Shown: positions 8,879 to 18,463 of the stretch, piece after piece
How positions within the stretch are numbered: position 1 is the first letter of the stretch
How the letters are laid out: every line of letters starts with the position of its first letter
From: Myxococcota bacterium
GTDB taxonomy: Bacteria > Myxococcota_A > UBA796 > SXON01
DNA: 64,000 bases
Reading direction: 5' to 3'
Assembly (NCBI GenBank): GCA_040386535.1
Contig: JAZKFH010000055.1
Span: 19,817-83,816, forward strand
Position numbers and translations under genes: made by a program
The notes under the pieces: generated by a model
The model's database searches: none
What the model was told of the DNA's origin: nothing
The model's input: only the letters and a program-made list of their open reading frames with translations

Positions 8879-11800
8879 TCACCCCACCCCAACCACCACC
8901 TCGTCCTGCACCGTCGCCCCTCCACGAGCAAGCAGCTCGGCAAGGCCGTGCTCCATCGCGGTGATCACGCCCGACCCGAGGCGATGCAGCTCGAAGATGC
9001 GCGCGCCCGCGCGGTGGAGGTCGGCGGCGGGCAGCGAGACCTCGCGCAGGAGAACGTAGGCCATCGCATTGGCCACCTCCTCGGGAGGGAGTTCGTCTGC
9101 GTCACGACGCGTTCCGTCCTCCGCCGCCCCGCGAACCGTCGGCCAGGTGCGGGGATCCTGGTCGGGCCGCCACAAGAAGCCGCCGCGCCGGATCACCTCT
9201 CGTCGGGTCACCATGCCGCGCAAAACCTGGTCCAGCGTGCCGTTCAGCCGCGCGCCGGTCCGCGCGAAGCCCCACGCGGCTGCGACGCGACGGAAAGTCG
9301 CGCCGCCGTCCACTGGCGCCTCTACGCTAACGATCTGGAGGATCTGCGCCCTGATCCGCTCGGGCGAGGCGTGAAAGTCACCGGTCACCGCGGGCAGGGT
9401 GGCACGCACCCAGGGCACCGGGGTGTGCGGGCCCGGGGCGGAGGCCGAGAGCGTGGGCGTCGAGACCCCTGGGGACGGCGCCGGCAGGGCCCAGGGAGGC
9501 GGGACCGGGGCGGGCGGTGCGGGGACCGGCGGCAGTGGGACCTCGCCGGCCTCGGCGCGCGCTAGCGCATCGAGCAGGCGCTGTGACTCGTGGTCCCGGG
9601 ACTGCAACCAATCGAGCGTCCAGACGCGATGCAAGTGTACCCAGCCGAGCCCGCGAAGCACTTCCTGTCGCAGCCGATCGCGCTCGCGGGCCGTACGGAG
9701 CGAGTGGTAGCCCGGTCCGTCGATCTGCACGCCGAGCAGAAAGCTGCGCCCATCGGGGGCGAGCACGGCAACGTCGACGCGTTGGCCGGACCGGCCGACG
9801 TCGAGCCGCACCGCGCAGCCGTGGGCGCGCAGCACCGCGGCGACGTCGGCGGCGATCGCGGTGGGCTCGACGGCGCCCGGCTGGTCCACGCCGGCGAGAT
9901 CGCTCGTCACGTAGGCCAGGAAGCGCCTCAGGTCGTGCACGCCCGCGGCCTGGGTGCGGCCGAGGTCGATCTGCTCGGGCCGTAGGGAGGTGTAGACGAT
10001 CAACTCCTGTCGGGCGCGGGTGACCGCCACGTTGAGCCGCCGCTCGCCCCCCTCGAGGTTGAGCGGCCCGAAGTTCATCGCGATCGCACCGGTGGCATCG
10101 GGCCCGTAGCAGATCGAGAAGAGGATGGTGTCCCGCTCGTCGCCCTGTACGTTCTCGAGGTTTTTGACGAACACCGGTTCGGCGGTGCTCGCGCCGAAGT
10201 GGCTTTCGATCTCGGGCGAGCTACGCCGCGCCTGGTCGAGCAGGTCCTCGATGAGCGCCTGCTGTGGCAGGCTGAAGGTCACGATGCCGAAGCTGCGATC
10301 GGCGGGCGCTGCCAGCCGGAGCCGTGCCACCAGGGCCGCGACGAGCGTCTCCGCCTCCCGTCGATTCGTGCGGGTGGCCGCCCTGTCGTAGACTCCGTCG
10401 ACCACGTGTACGCCGTGTACGCCCAGCCCGGGCTCCGCTCGGCGCGCGCTCGGGAAGGTGCAGAGCCGCCCTTCGTAATAGGCGCCGTTGGAGAACGCGA
10501 TGAGCGACTCATGGCGGCTGCGGTAGTGCCAGAGCAGCGAGCGCTGGGGGATGCCGGCGGCGATCGCCTCGTCGAGCACGCTCTCGAGCTCCGCGGGCGT
10601 GTCCTCGTCGCCTGTCTGGTCGGGCGCCTCCACCTGGCGGCGGAAGAAGGAGGTGGGCGGGAGCTGCCGCGAGTCGCCTACAATGATCGCCTGGGTGCCC
10701 CGCGCGAGCGCGCCGATTGCGTCCTGGGTACAGATTTGTGATGCCTCGTCGAATACGACGAGGTCGAACCTCATCTTCCCGGCCGGCAGATATTGGGCGA
10801 CCGACAGCGGGCTCATCAGCAGGCAGGGCTTGAGACGCCCGAGCAGGTTCGGGATGCCCGCGAGCAGCGCACGGATGGGCACGTGGGCCCGCTGTTTGCG
10901 GGTCTCCCGGAGCAGGAAAGCCACCTCCGAGCCCTGGCTCGCGTTGCCGTCGGCGATGCCGTCCGGGCGGCGCGCTGCGACGGTCTGCGCGACGAACCGT
11001 TGGGCCAGCGCCATCAGCGCACGATCCTCAGCAGCGAAGCGGTCGGCGAACCGGTCGCGTGAGGTGGTGGCGAAGCCGCGGAGCGCCGCGTCGCCGGCGA
11101 TCGTGTGTTCGAGCCAGCGCTCGGCCCGCGCTCGCATGAATGTGGCCGAGAGCCCGGACGCGCTCACCGCCGCGACCCGGTGCGCGTGGACAGCGTCGGC
11201 ACTGCCCGTGTCGACAGCGCGGCCCGCCGCGCGCTGGTAGGCGATCCAATCGTTGAGCCGGGCTAGGTCGCCGAGTCGGGCCGCATCCGTGGTCGGCGGC
11301 CGCCGCACCAGGCGGTCTAGCGCGATGACGAGCCCATCGAGGTGACCGGGATCGCCCGCGGGCGGCCAGGGCGAGGGTGCGAACGGGAGCCGTGCCTCCA
11401 GGCCGGCGAGCGCGACTTCGTACGCGGCCAGGGCGCCCTGCGCCGCCACGACCACCGGACCGAGCTGCGCCCGGCCGCGCGCAGTCCATGCCTCCATCGC
11501 CGGCAGCTCCGCGTGCAGAGCGCGGGCGTGTTCGATCCAGGCGAGTACTACGCCGATACGGGTGGATTCGTCGGGGACGAGCGCTCCGGCAGTTTCGGGC
11601 GCACCGCCCGGAAATGTGTGGCACCACCACTTCGACAGCTGGTCGACTTCCGCCGTCTCCTTCTCGAGCGCGAGCGCGGTGGCGAGGTCTGTGGCGATCT
11701 GGCGATCCGGGGGCAGCGCACCGACGCAGGCGCGTCGCACGACGGCGCGGGCCCCGTAGAGCAGAAAGAACCTGAACAACGGGACGGTGCCGGCCCACCG

Positions 11801-14413
11801 TGCGAATCGGCCAGCAAGCCGAGCGAGCGGCAGCTGTGTTAGTACGGGGAGGTAGCGCTGACCGAGGTCGGCACGGGCCTCTCGCCGCCGGACCAGCGCT
11901 TCTGCCAGCCGATGCGCTGCCGTCCGCGCGGCGGGGAAGCCGGGGTCAGCAACGGCGCCGCCGGCGACCTCGGCGTCGAGCGGTACCGGGGTCGCCGCGT
12001 GAGCGCCGAGCCGTGTCATCCGCTCGATGGCGCTCGGGTCGCCGGTCGACGCGACGCCGAGCGCCCGGGAGAGCGCCTCGCCGGCTGCCCCGAGCGTCTC
12101 GGCCGCGTGGCGCAGGGTGTCGACGGCCGCGACCGCCTCGACGGTATCGCGTGGTGTCCACGCGCTGAGGATGTCGGCGTGCGGGCAGAGCGCGCGCCAC
12201 GGATGTACACCGACCGGCTCGACCCGCGCACCGGCCTCCACGAGGTCGGCGATGGCGTCGGCCGCAGCCCTCGCGGCTTCTGGCGAGGTGGCCGGCGGGA
12301 TGCGCCAGGCTGTCGCGGGCGCGTCGCGCAGATCGAGCAGGGCGGCGCAGACCGCGAACACGCTGTCTCCGGACGGGCGGGCACGGTGCAAGGCGGCAGC
12401 GTGCGCGTCGAGCGCTCCGGCGAGCGTCGTGACCGAGCGGGTCGCGGCCTCGTAGAACCCGCCGGCGCCCGGCTCGCCGCGGCGCATGGCGGCGGCGAAC
12501 TGTTGCGTCACGGCGCGCTTGTTGGCCTTGTTGGAGTGCAGCTCCAGGCAGGCGTCGCCCACGCCCGCCTGATCGAGCCGGCGCTGCACCACCTCGAGCG
12601 CGGCGAGCTTCTCGGCGACGAAGAGTACGGTCCTGCCACCGGCGAGGGCGGTGGCGATGATGTTGGCGATGGTCTGCGACTTGCCCGTGCCCGGCGGCCC
12701 CTGCAACACGAAGGAGCGCCCCTCGGCGGCGGCGCGAACGGCGTCGAGCTGGCTCTGGTCGGCGTCCAGCACCAGCGGCAGGTGCGTCGGCGCGAGCTGG
12801 CCGGTGTGGCGCGCTGCGGTCGGATCGCCGAGCGCGAGCAGACGCAGCACCGGGCTCTCCAGCAGCACCGCGGCGTTGTCGTTCAGGTCCCGCCATAGGG
12901 TGAAGCGCGAGAAGGTGAAGGGGCCGAGCCAGGCCTGCTCGCGCACCTCCCACCCCGACTGCGCCGCAATGGCGGCGCGGACACGCGCGCAGATCCAGGC
13001 GACGTCGATGCCGCTGCCGTCCGCGGGCGGGTCGAGCAGCGCGCTGACGTCGATGCCGAAGTCCCGCGCGAGCTTCTCCACGAGCGCGTGGTTGGGGAGG
13101 GGATCCTCGTCGCTTCGGCGCAGCTGCCAGGGCGCTCCGGCGCGCGCCTGCTCGAGCCGGGCCGGGTACAAGATCAACGGAGCGAGCCGAACTTCGCTCC
13201 CAGGTCGCTCACGCCACGCGAGCGCGCCCACGGCGCAGAACAGGATGTTGAAGCCTGCGTCCTCGATGGCGATACGAGCGTTTCGGGCAAGTGTCACCAG
13301 CCGGCGATCGAGCTCGGTCGTCGTCAGGGAACACTGTACCCACCCTTTGCGCAGTGCGTCCGCCTGGGCGGCCTCGGCCTCGGCGACATCGAGGGTCTTG
13401 GCTCGCGGCTGTTGGCCCACGAGACGTAGCGAGGTACCGCGGGCCAGCATGTCCTCGAACGCGCCGAGGTCGGTCTGGTCGAGGCAGACGAGGCTGCGGC
13501 CGTCGGCACGGAAATGCAGCAGACGGTTGCGGAGGGAGAGGTCGAGAAGCAGGTCCCGCCACCGGTCGATGCGGGGCACGGGGCCGCCGCCGTCCAGCAG
13601 GGCGGCGAGCAGCTGGGTGGCGTCGGCGGGCCGGGCGAGGGGATCGACGCTGAGAGCCGAACGCAGCACTCGCCGAACGGCGACCGGCGCGTCGGGCACG
13701 TGGCGCTCGATGGGGATGTGTCGGCCGTCGGCGACCGCGACATAGACGTCCATGTCGGTCTCACCCTCGAAGGGCAGCCGGCCGCTGACCAACTCGTACA
13801 GCATCACGCCGAGCGACCAGACATCGGAGCGCGCATCGACCGAGGACGGATCGCGCAGCTGCTCGGGGCTCATGTACGCGGGCGTTCCCATGCGGGTGCC
13901 GACGCGCGTACGGGCTGGGCCGGCTTCGGCGGGGCGCCCGATCTTTGCGATCCCGAAGTCTACGAGCATGGGCCGCGGCCCCGCCGGCCCGAGCTCGATG
14001 AGCACGTTGGCGGGCTTCAGATCACGGTGCACCACGCCGCGGTCGTGGACCGTCCCCACCACCGCGAGCAGCGCACGGAACAGGCCAAGCCGCGCCGCGA
14101 CGTTCACCCCCTCGGCCCACACGTCCAGGGTGTCGCCGGGCACGCGGCGCATCACGAAGCCGGCCACGCCCGGCTCCACCACGATGTCGGTCACCTCGAC
14201 GACACCGGGCAGGCGGATCGTCGCGAGCAGGCGTGCCTCGTCGAGGAACCGGCGCCGCACCTCGACGTTCACCACGTGCTCCGGGCGCAGCACCTTCAGC
14301 GCGCCTGGTGCCCCGAGAACGTGGTGGCGCACGGCGTACACGATGGACATCCCGCCTTCGCCGAGCAAGCCCTCGACGACGTAGGCGCCGACGATGTCTC
14401 CGATCGCGAGCAT
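8879..14413 (-). CDS. Ser/Thr kinase fused to a DUF4011-like region, an Upf1-like SF1 helicase, a restriction-endonuclease-like domain and a DUF3320-like tail (1844 aa)
   Basis: Kinase: 'GLLGEGGMSIVY', 'VVHRDLKPANVLI', 'LVDFGIAK', 'GTPAYMSPEQ'. Helicase: Walker A 'LQGPPGTGKSQT' (nt 12680-12700), Walker B 'LVVFDEASQ', 'IIVGDSRQLPP', 'ENVQGDERDTILFS', 'RLNVAVTRARQELIVY'. DUF559/Vsr-like nuclease-fold segment: 'RVDVAVLAPDGRSFLLGVQIDGPGYHSLRTARERDRLRQEVLRGLGW'. Confidence 0.9.
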   Translation of the reverse strand: MLAIGDIVGAYVVEGLLGEGGMSIVYAVRHHVLGAPGALKVLRPEHVVNVEVRRRFLDEARLLATIRLPGVVEVTDIVVEPGVAGFVMRRVPGDTLDVWAEGVNVAARLGLFRALLAVVGTVHDRGVVHRDLKPANVLIELGPAGPRPMLVDFGIAKIGRPAEAGPARTRVGTRMGTPAYMSPEQLRDPSSVDARSDVWSLGVMLYELVSGRLPFEGETDMDVYVAVADGRHIPIERHVPDAPVAVRRVLRSALSVDPLARPADATQLLAALLDGGGPVPRIDRWRDLLLDLSLRNRLLHFRADGRSLVCLDQTDLGAFEDMLARGTSLRLVGQQPRAKTLDVAEAEAAQADALRKGWVQCSLTTTELDRRLVTLARNARIAIEDAGFNILFCAVGALAWRERPGSEVRLAPLILYPARLEQARAGAPWQLRRSDEDPLPNHALVEKLARDFGIDVSALLDPPADGSGIDVAWICARVRAAIAAQSGWEVREQAWLGPFTFSRFTLWRDLNDNAAVLLESPVLRLLALGDPTAARHTGQLAPTHLPLVLDADQSQLDAVRAAAEGRSFVLQGPPGTGKSQTIANIIATALAGGRTVLFVAEKLAALEVVQRRLDQAGVGDACLELHSNKANKRAVTQQFAAAMRRGEPGAGGFYEAATRSVTTLAGALDAHAAALHRARPSGDSVFAVCAALLDLRDAPATAWRIPPATSPEAARAAADAIADLVEAGARVEPVGVHPWRALCPHADILSAWTPRDTVEAVAAVDTLRHAAETLGAAGEALSRALGVASTGDPSAIERMTRLGAHAATPVPLDAEVAGGAVADPGFPAARTAAHRLAEALVRRREARADLGQRYLPVLTQLPLARLAGRFARWAGTVPLFRFFLLYGARAVVRRACVGALPPDRQIATDLATALALEKETAEVDQLSKWWCHTFPGGAPETAGALVPDESTRIGVVLAWIEHARALHAELPAMEAWTARGRAQLGPVVVAAQGALAAYEVALAGLEARLPFAPSPWPPAGDPGHLDGLVIALDRLVRRPPTTDAARLGDLARLNDWIAYQRAAGRAVDTGSADAVHAHRVAAVSASGLSATFMRARAERWLEHTIAGDAALRGFATTSRDRFADRFAAEDRALMALAQRFVAQTVAARRPDGIADGNASQGSEVAFLLRETRKQRAHVPIRALLAGIPNLLGRLKPCLLMSPLSVAQYLPAGKMRFDLVVFDEASQICTQDAIGALARGTQAIIVGDSRQLPPTSFFRRQVEAPDQTGDEDTPAELESVLDEAIAAGIPQRSLLWHYRSRHESLIAFSNGAYYEGRLCTFPSARRAEPGLGVHGVHVVDGVYDRAATRTNRREAETLVAALVARLRLAAPADRSFGIVTFSLPQQALIEDLLDQARRSSPEIESHFGASTAEPVFVKNLENVQGDERDTILFSICYGPDATGAIAMNFGPLNLEGGERRLNVAVTRARQELIVYTSLRPEQIDLGRTQAAGVHDLRRFLAYVTSDLAGVDQPGAVEPTAIAADVAAVLRAHGCAVRLDVGRSGQRVDVAVLAPDGRSFLLGVQIDGPGYHSLRTARERDRLRQEVLRGLGWVHLHRVWTLDWLQSRDHESQRLLDALARAEAGEVPLPPVPAPPAPVPPPWALPAPSPGVSTPTLSASAPGPHTPVPWVRATLPAVTGDFHASPERIRAQILQIVSVEAPVDGGATFRRVAAAWGFARTGARLNGTLDQVLRGMVTRREVIRRGGFLWRPDQDPRTWPTVRGAAEDGTRRDADELPPEEVANAMAYVLLREVSLPAADLHRAGARIFELHRLGSGVITAMEHGLAELLARGGATVQDEVVVGVG

Positions 14414-15091
14414 TGACTACCTGGGAGCGGGGAGAGGTATCTCGACGGAGCGCTCGCTTGGCGTGGACACGGTGCGAGTCTCAGACACGAAGCGCTTCCC
14501 AACGTCGGGCGCGCTGCGTAGCGGGGCGTGTAGAAAGCGGGGGATCGTCGAGGAGGTGGCTGAGCCCCCGTGGGGCTCGTACTGGCCACCGAGGTTGCTC
14601 CTTGGGCCCGATCATGGCGGGCGCACGGTACCACGGGCTGATGGTGGGGCGGGATCGGGCGGAGACGTCGGTATTCATGTGGACTCGCCTCGTACGGACG
14701 GTCGTTCGGGTGCCGCGAGAGGCCCGGCCGCGCCGCGCGCCCCTCAACTCGGAAGGGTCCACCAGGATCAATGTGGACCAGTTGGTGATGATCTTCGGGC
14801 GTTGCGCTCTGGGAAGCCATGCGGCGAGATCAGCCGCATGACCGTACCGGCCGGCTCGCAGCCGCGATCGAAAAATCTCGGGCCCACCGGACGGCGTGCG
14901 GGTGCCCCGCGCGGCGAGGCGGCGCACCGGCTGGCCGCGGACCTGAGGCCGTTTTGGTGGCCGGGGTCGGAGGACATCGCGGGGTCAAGCCGCACCACCG
15001 GACGGAGCTATGGTAGAAGAAGGCACGGCGGTGCGGACCTGCTGGTGATAGCCAGCGATCCATCCGATGAATCTACTTCAGCGAGAATGAC

Positions 15092-16105
15092 ATGAGTGAC
15101 AAGCCCACAGCCGAGTCCGAACTTCAATCTGGTCTGACCGGCAAGCTGCTGGCCGTGTTCGATTCCGGGGTCGAGAGCCGCAGAGGCTTCTACGAGGCCA
15201 ACCCGGACAAGGTGCCGTCGACCCGGGAGATCGATTCGATCATCTCCGCCTGTGCGAACACCAACGCCGTGATTTCAGGTGGACTCAGTCTCCTTCCGGG
15301 CCCGTGGGGACTCGTCGCCATCATCCCGCAGATGGTGTTGGTGATCCAGAATCAGGTCAAGATGATCTACGACATCGGCGTAGCGAGCGGGAAGCAGAGC
15401 GTCCTCACCCGGGAGCTCATCCTGAGCATCGCGCTCTCCGCCTCCGGAGTCAGTGGCATGAGCCTTCTGACCATGCACGGAAGCAAGATCTTGGTGCGGC
15501 GCTCTTCGGTCCGCGTGTTCCAGAAGCTCGTTGCGATGTTCGCCGGCAAGGTCACTCAGCAGGTACTGAAGAAGTCGATTGCCCTGTGGTTACCGATCAT
15601 CGGCGCCGCGGGGATTGCGGTGTGGACCCGCTACAGCACGGCCGAAATCGGACGGAAGGCCAAAGAGATCTTCGCCCACGAAATCGAGATCCTCCCTGAA
15701 GGCGACGCCGATGAGGAGTCTGTCGTAGTTGGGGACGCCGTTGGGACCGCGTCGTCGTTAGAAGCGCTCATGGTCGCCAAGCTTCTTCTGCTCGATGATC
15801 TCATGAAGTGCGACGGCGAAGCGGCGCCTGCGGAACACGCATTCATCAACGAACTGCTCAGTCGCAGCGGACTCGGGCCCGAAAGCCGGATGCTCCTGAT
15901 CAAACGCTTTGATGAGCCGTCCCCCAGAGTGGTGGACCTCGCTCCTTTCCGGGCCGATCGGGACGAGGCGATCGGCCTCCTCATTGACCTCGCGGCCATG
16001 GCCAAGAGGGACGGGAGCCTGAAGGACTCGGAGCGCGCGTTCGTTGTCCGGACCGCGCACGAAGTCGGCCTCGGGGAGAACCAGGTCGCAGCCGCGCTCG
16101 CCTGA
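15092..16105 (+). CDS. EcsC-family domain fused to a TerB-like domain
   Basis: The N-terminal half 'SACANTNAVISGGLSLLPGPWGLVAIIPQMVLVIQNQVKMIYDIGVASG' resembles the EcsC family. The C-terminal half 'LLLLDDLMKCDGEAAPAEHAFINELL...LIDLAAMAKRDGSLKDSERAFV' resembles the TerB/DjlA-N helical repeat. Codon usage is visibly less GC-rich than in flanking genes. Confidence 0.75.
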   Translation: MSDKPTAESELQSGLTGKLLAVFDSGVESRRGFYEANPDKVPSTREIDSIISACANTNAVISGGLSLLPGPWGLVAIIPQMVLVIQNQVKMIYDIGVASGKQSVLTRELILSIALSASGVSGMSLLTMHGSKILVRRSSVRVFQKLVAMFAGKVTQQVLKKSIALWLPIIGAAGIAVWTRYSTAEIGRKAKEIFAHEIEILPEGDADEESVVVGDAVGTASSLEALMVAKLLLLDDLMKCDGEAAPAEHAFINELLSRSGLGPESRMLLIKRFDEPSPRVVDLAPFRADRDEAIGLLIDLAAMAKRDGSLKDSERAFVVRTAHEVGLGENQVAAALA

Positions 16106-16261
16106 CGCACGGAATGCCGGCCGGTAGGCCGGCATTCCGTCGCTTCCAGGTCTTGGCCGTCACGCTGTCGGGGTGGTGGTCCGCCGGAAAGCCTCCTCCG
16201 GACTCGCCGCCAACGTCTCGGGATGACGTTGGTGGGTTAGCCCATCGTGCGCTGAGAACTC

Positions 16262-18436
16262 ATGACCGCATCAACCCTCCCGACCCCTCCCGCGGCCCCG
16301 TCGCCCGCCCCACGCCCGATTATGGCGTCCGCCCGAACCGGCTCCAAGAAGCTCGGGCTTCACGTCACCTGGCGCTACTCCTTCGTGGGGCCAGGGTCCA
16401 CGTTGGCGCCAATTCGTGGGTGTGTATGCCTGGACGTAGGGAACGCGCTGCTGGCGGGCGTGTTGGACACCCATGGGGGCGGCACGCGGGCGGACAGCAC
16501 GGCCCAACTCGTCATCGCCCACCCTGAGCTGGTATACGAGCATCTGCTCGGCGCATACCTGGACCGCGCTGATAACGGTGAGGACCTCTCCGGTAAGGAG
16601 TTCGCGCCCGTCGTGCTCACCCACGTCGCCCCCGATTTTGACGCGGTCGTGGCAACGCTGTTCGTGCAGGCGCTCATCGAGGACGGGGAGCTTCCATGGT
16701 GGGCCCCGGCGCTGGCGGCGTATGCCGCGGAGGTGGATCAGGGGCGGTATCGCCCGCGGGAGGTGCTGGCGCGGGCAGGGAGGGAGCCCACCCCGACAGA
16801 CGTGGCAGCGGCGCTGCTGTCCCCTGTGCATGCCGCCTTCCTGGCCGTCCAGTGGCTCGCGATGGAGGAGAAACGCGACCACGAATGGGCGCTCACCAGC
16901 GGGCTGGCGCTGGTACGCAGGGTGGCCGAGGCGGTGGCAAAAGAGAAGGCAGGAGCGTTGACGGGGTCGAGCTTCTACGCCTTCCAACCGGGTGCTGACG
17001 CCTGGAAGCGAGACCCCGGAAACGCAAAGCTGTCTACGATGCTGGACGAGGAACCCGGGCGATGGAAGGCGGATTTCGAGGACGCCGAGAAGCTGGCAAT
17101 TCCACTACCAGCTACTGATGGCCGGTCCCTCCAAGTCAGCGCGCTGCTCCTCGCGCGCCCTCCCGAGTCGCGACTCAACAAATATTGGGCACGAAGCTTC
17201 GGGTTTGTGTATTTCGTATGTCCCTATGGAGCCGGGGTTGATGGTTCGAATCCCACCTATCCGAAGGTGGTCCTTTCCTTGGATCCGCTATGGGACGACG
17301 CGGGAGCGAAGCCAAGTCTGCTCGGCCTTGGCTTCGCGCTGGAGCGCGAGGAGCGAAAACACCGCGAGGCGCAGGGACGCGATGAGCGCATCCCGATCCC
17401 CCGGTATGCGGACGGCTCCTGCGACAACGACGATCCCTGGTACGACGGGCGCGCCCACGGCCACACCATCGTCGACGCTCCCCGCGAGGGAACCCGGCTT
17501 CCCTACTCGAAAGTCCGGGAGATCGCCTGTTCGCCGTTCTGGGAGCCGCCCATCCATGATGTGAGGATTACCGTCGTTCGCCGCGCATTGGGCGAGACTT
17601 TGCCTCCCCTCTCAGGGAGCAAGCTGGACACCCTGCGTGTCGGGGTCCACGAGGTCGTGACACTTACCCAGACGGTGGTGACCCTCGACGCCCTCGAAAA
17701 GTGGCTGACCGTCGCTATCGAGGCCGGCCATTCTCCCATTCGGGTCGCCGCTCGCCACATCAACCCGTTCTGGCCAGTGGACTCGGTGCTCAACCGGCTG
17801 GCCCGCCGCTTCGGCGCTCCGCACGAGCTCGACGCGCAGTCCGTGTATCTGGGGAGTGGGGTCCTGTGGGCGGTGCCGCGGGAAGGGCAGGTTTCCGGTT
17901 CGGCCGCAAAAGAAGCGGCCTTCGCGGAGGTCGCGCGGCTCGACATCCGATTGGAGGAATTCGCCTTGGAGATGCGCCGCGCGGTCTCCAAACGGCCTGC
18001 CAAGGGCGCACGCGACCGGGTGATCGCCCTCAGGAACCTGGCCATGGGGACCGGGAGAGGCTTGGCCCAACTACGCCGAGATTTCCTCGACTTCCGGGTG
18101 AGTAAGCTCGACACCGCGGATGGCGGGAGCTCGCGCTGGGATCCTGCAGCCATCGCGCTGGCAGAGCGGCTGCGGCTGCGCGAGAGAGCCGAGCACACGA
18201 AGGAGAACCTGGACGAACTGGCGGGCATCGAGGGCCAACTCAACCAGAAGGTGTTCGAGGGCCTCGCCGTGCTGATCGGCGTGGCCGGCGTTGCTCAGAC
18301 CGTCGCGGCCGTGTTCGCCATGTCCGCGGAGCAGCGGACGTCACCCTTCTGGATGATGTTCTGGGGCTTGACGTTGGTTCCCGTCCTCATCGCGATCGGG
18401 TTGATCTGGCGACGGGACGCGGGCACCGGGGGCTGA
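16262..18436 (+). CDS. Hypothetical 724-aa protein with a coiled-coil and two C-terminal transmembrane helices
   Basis: Long ORF with protein-like composition. C-terminal TM helices are 'VFEGLAVLIGVAGVAQTVAAVFAM' and 'FWMMFWGLTLVPVLIAIGLIW'. 'VVLTHVAPDFDAVVATLFVQAL' weakly recalls DHH motif I, but no other DHH motifs were seen. The start is uncertain (ATG-16262 or ATG-16322). Confidence 0.6.
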   Translation: MTASTLPTPPAAPSPAPRPIMASARTGSKKLGLHVTWRYSFVGPGSTLAPIRGCVCLDVGNALLAGVLDTHGGGTRADSTAQLVIAHPELVYEHLLGAYLDRADNGEDLSGKEFAPVVLTHVAPDFDAVVATLFVQALIEDGELPWWAPALAAYAAEVDQGRYRPREVLARAGREPTPTDVAAALLSPVHAAFLAVQWLAMEEKRDHEWALTSGLALVRRVAEAVAKEKAGALTGSSFYAFQPGADAWKRDPGNAKLSTMLDEEPGRWKADFEDAEKLAIPLPATDGRSLQVSALLLARPPESRLNKYWARSFGFVYFVCPYGAGVDGSNPTYPKVVLSLDPLWDDAGAKPSLLGLGFALEREERKHREAQGRDERIPIPRYADGSCDNDDPWYDGRAHGHTIVDAPREGTRLPYSKVREIACSPFWEPPIHDVRITVVRRALGETLPPLSGSKLDTLRVGVHEVVTLTQTVVTLDALEKWLTVAIEAGHSPIRVAARHINPFWPVDSVLNRLARRFGAPHELDAQSVYLGSGVLWAVPREGQVSGSAAKEAAFAEVARLDIRLEEFALEMRRAVSKRPAKGARDRVIALRNLAMGTGRGLAQLRRDFLDFRVSKLDTADGGSSRWDPAAIALAERLRLRERAEHTKENLDELAGIEGQLNQKVFEGLAVLIGVAGVAQTVAAVFAMSAEQRTSPFWMMFWGLTLVPVLIAIGLIWRRDAGTGG

Positions 18437-18463
18437 AGGGCCATCCCGGTGCACGCGGCTGCG

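Noticed and set aside
14394-15095. 233-aa plus-strand ORF, and the minus-strand ORFs 14296-14820 and 14481-14927, in the 678-nt divergent intergenic region
   Set aside because: The composition is non-protein-like (Arg/Gly/Pro/Ser runs) and the ORFs overlap each other in different frames. The region is probably promoter/leader DNA at the edge of the lower-GC patch.
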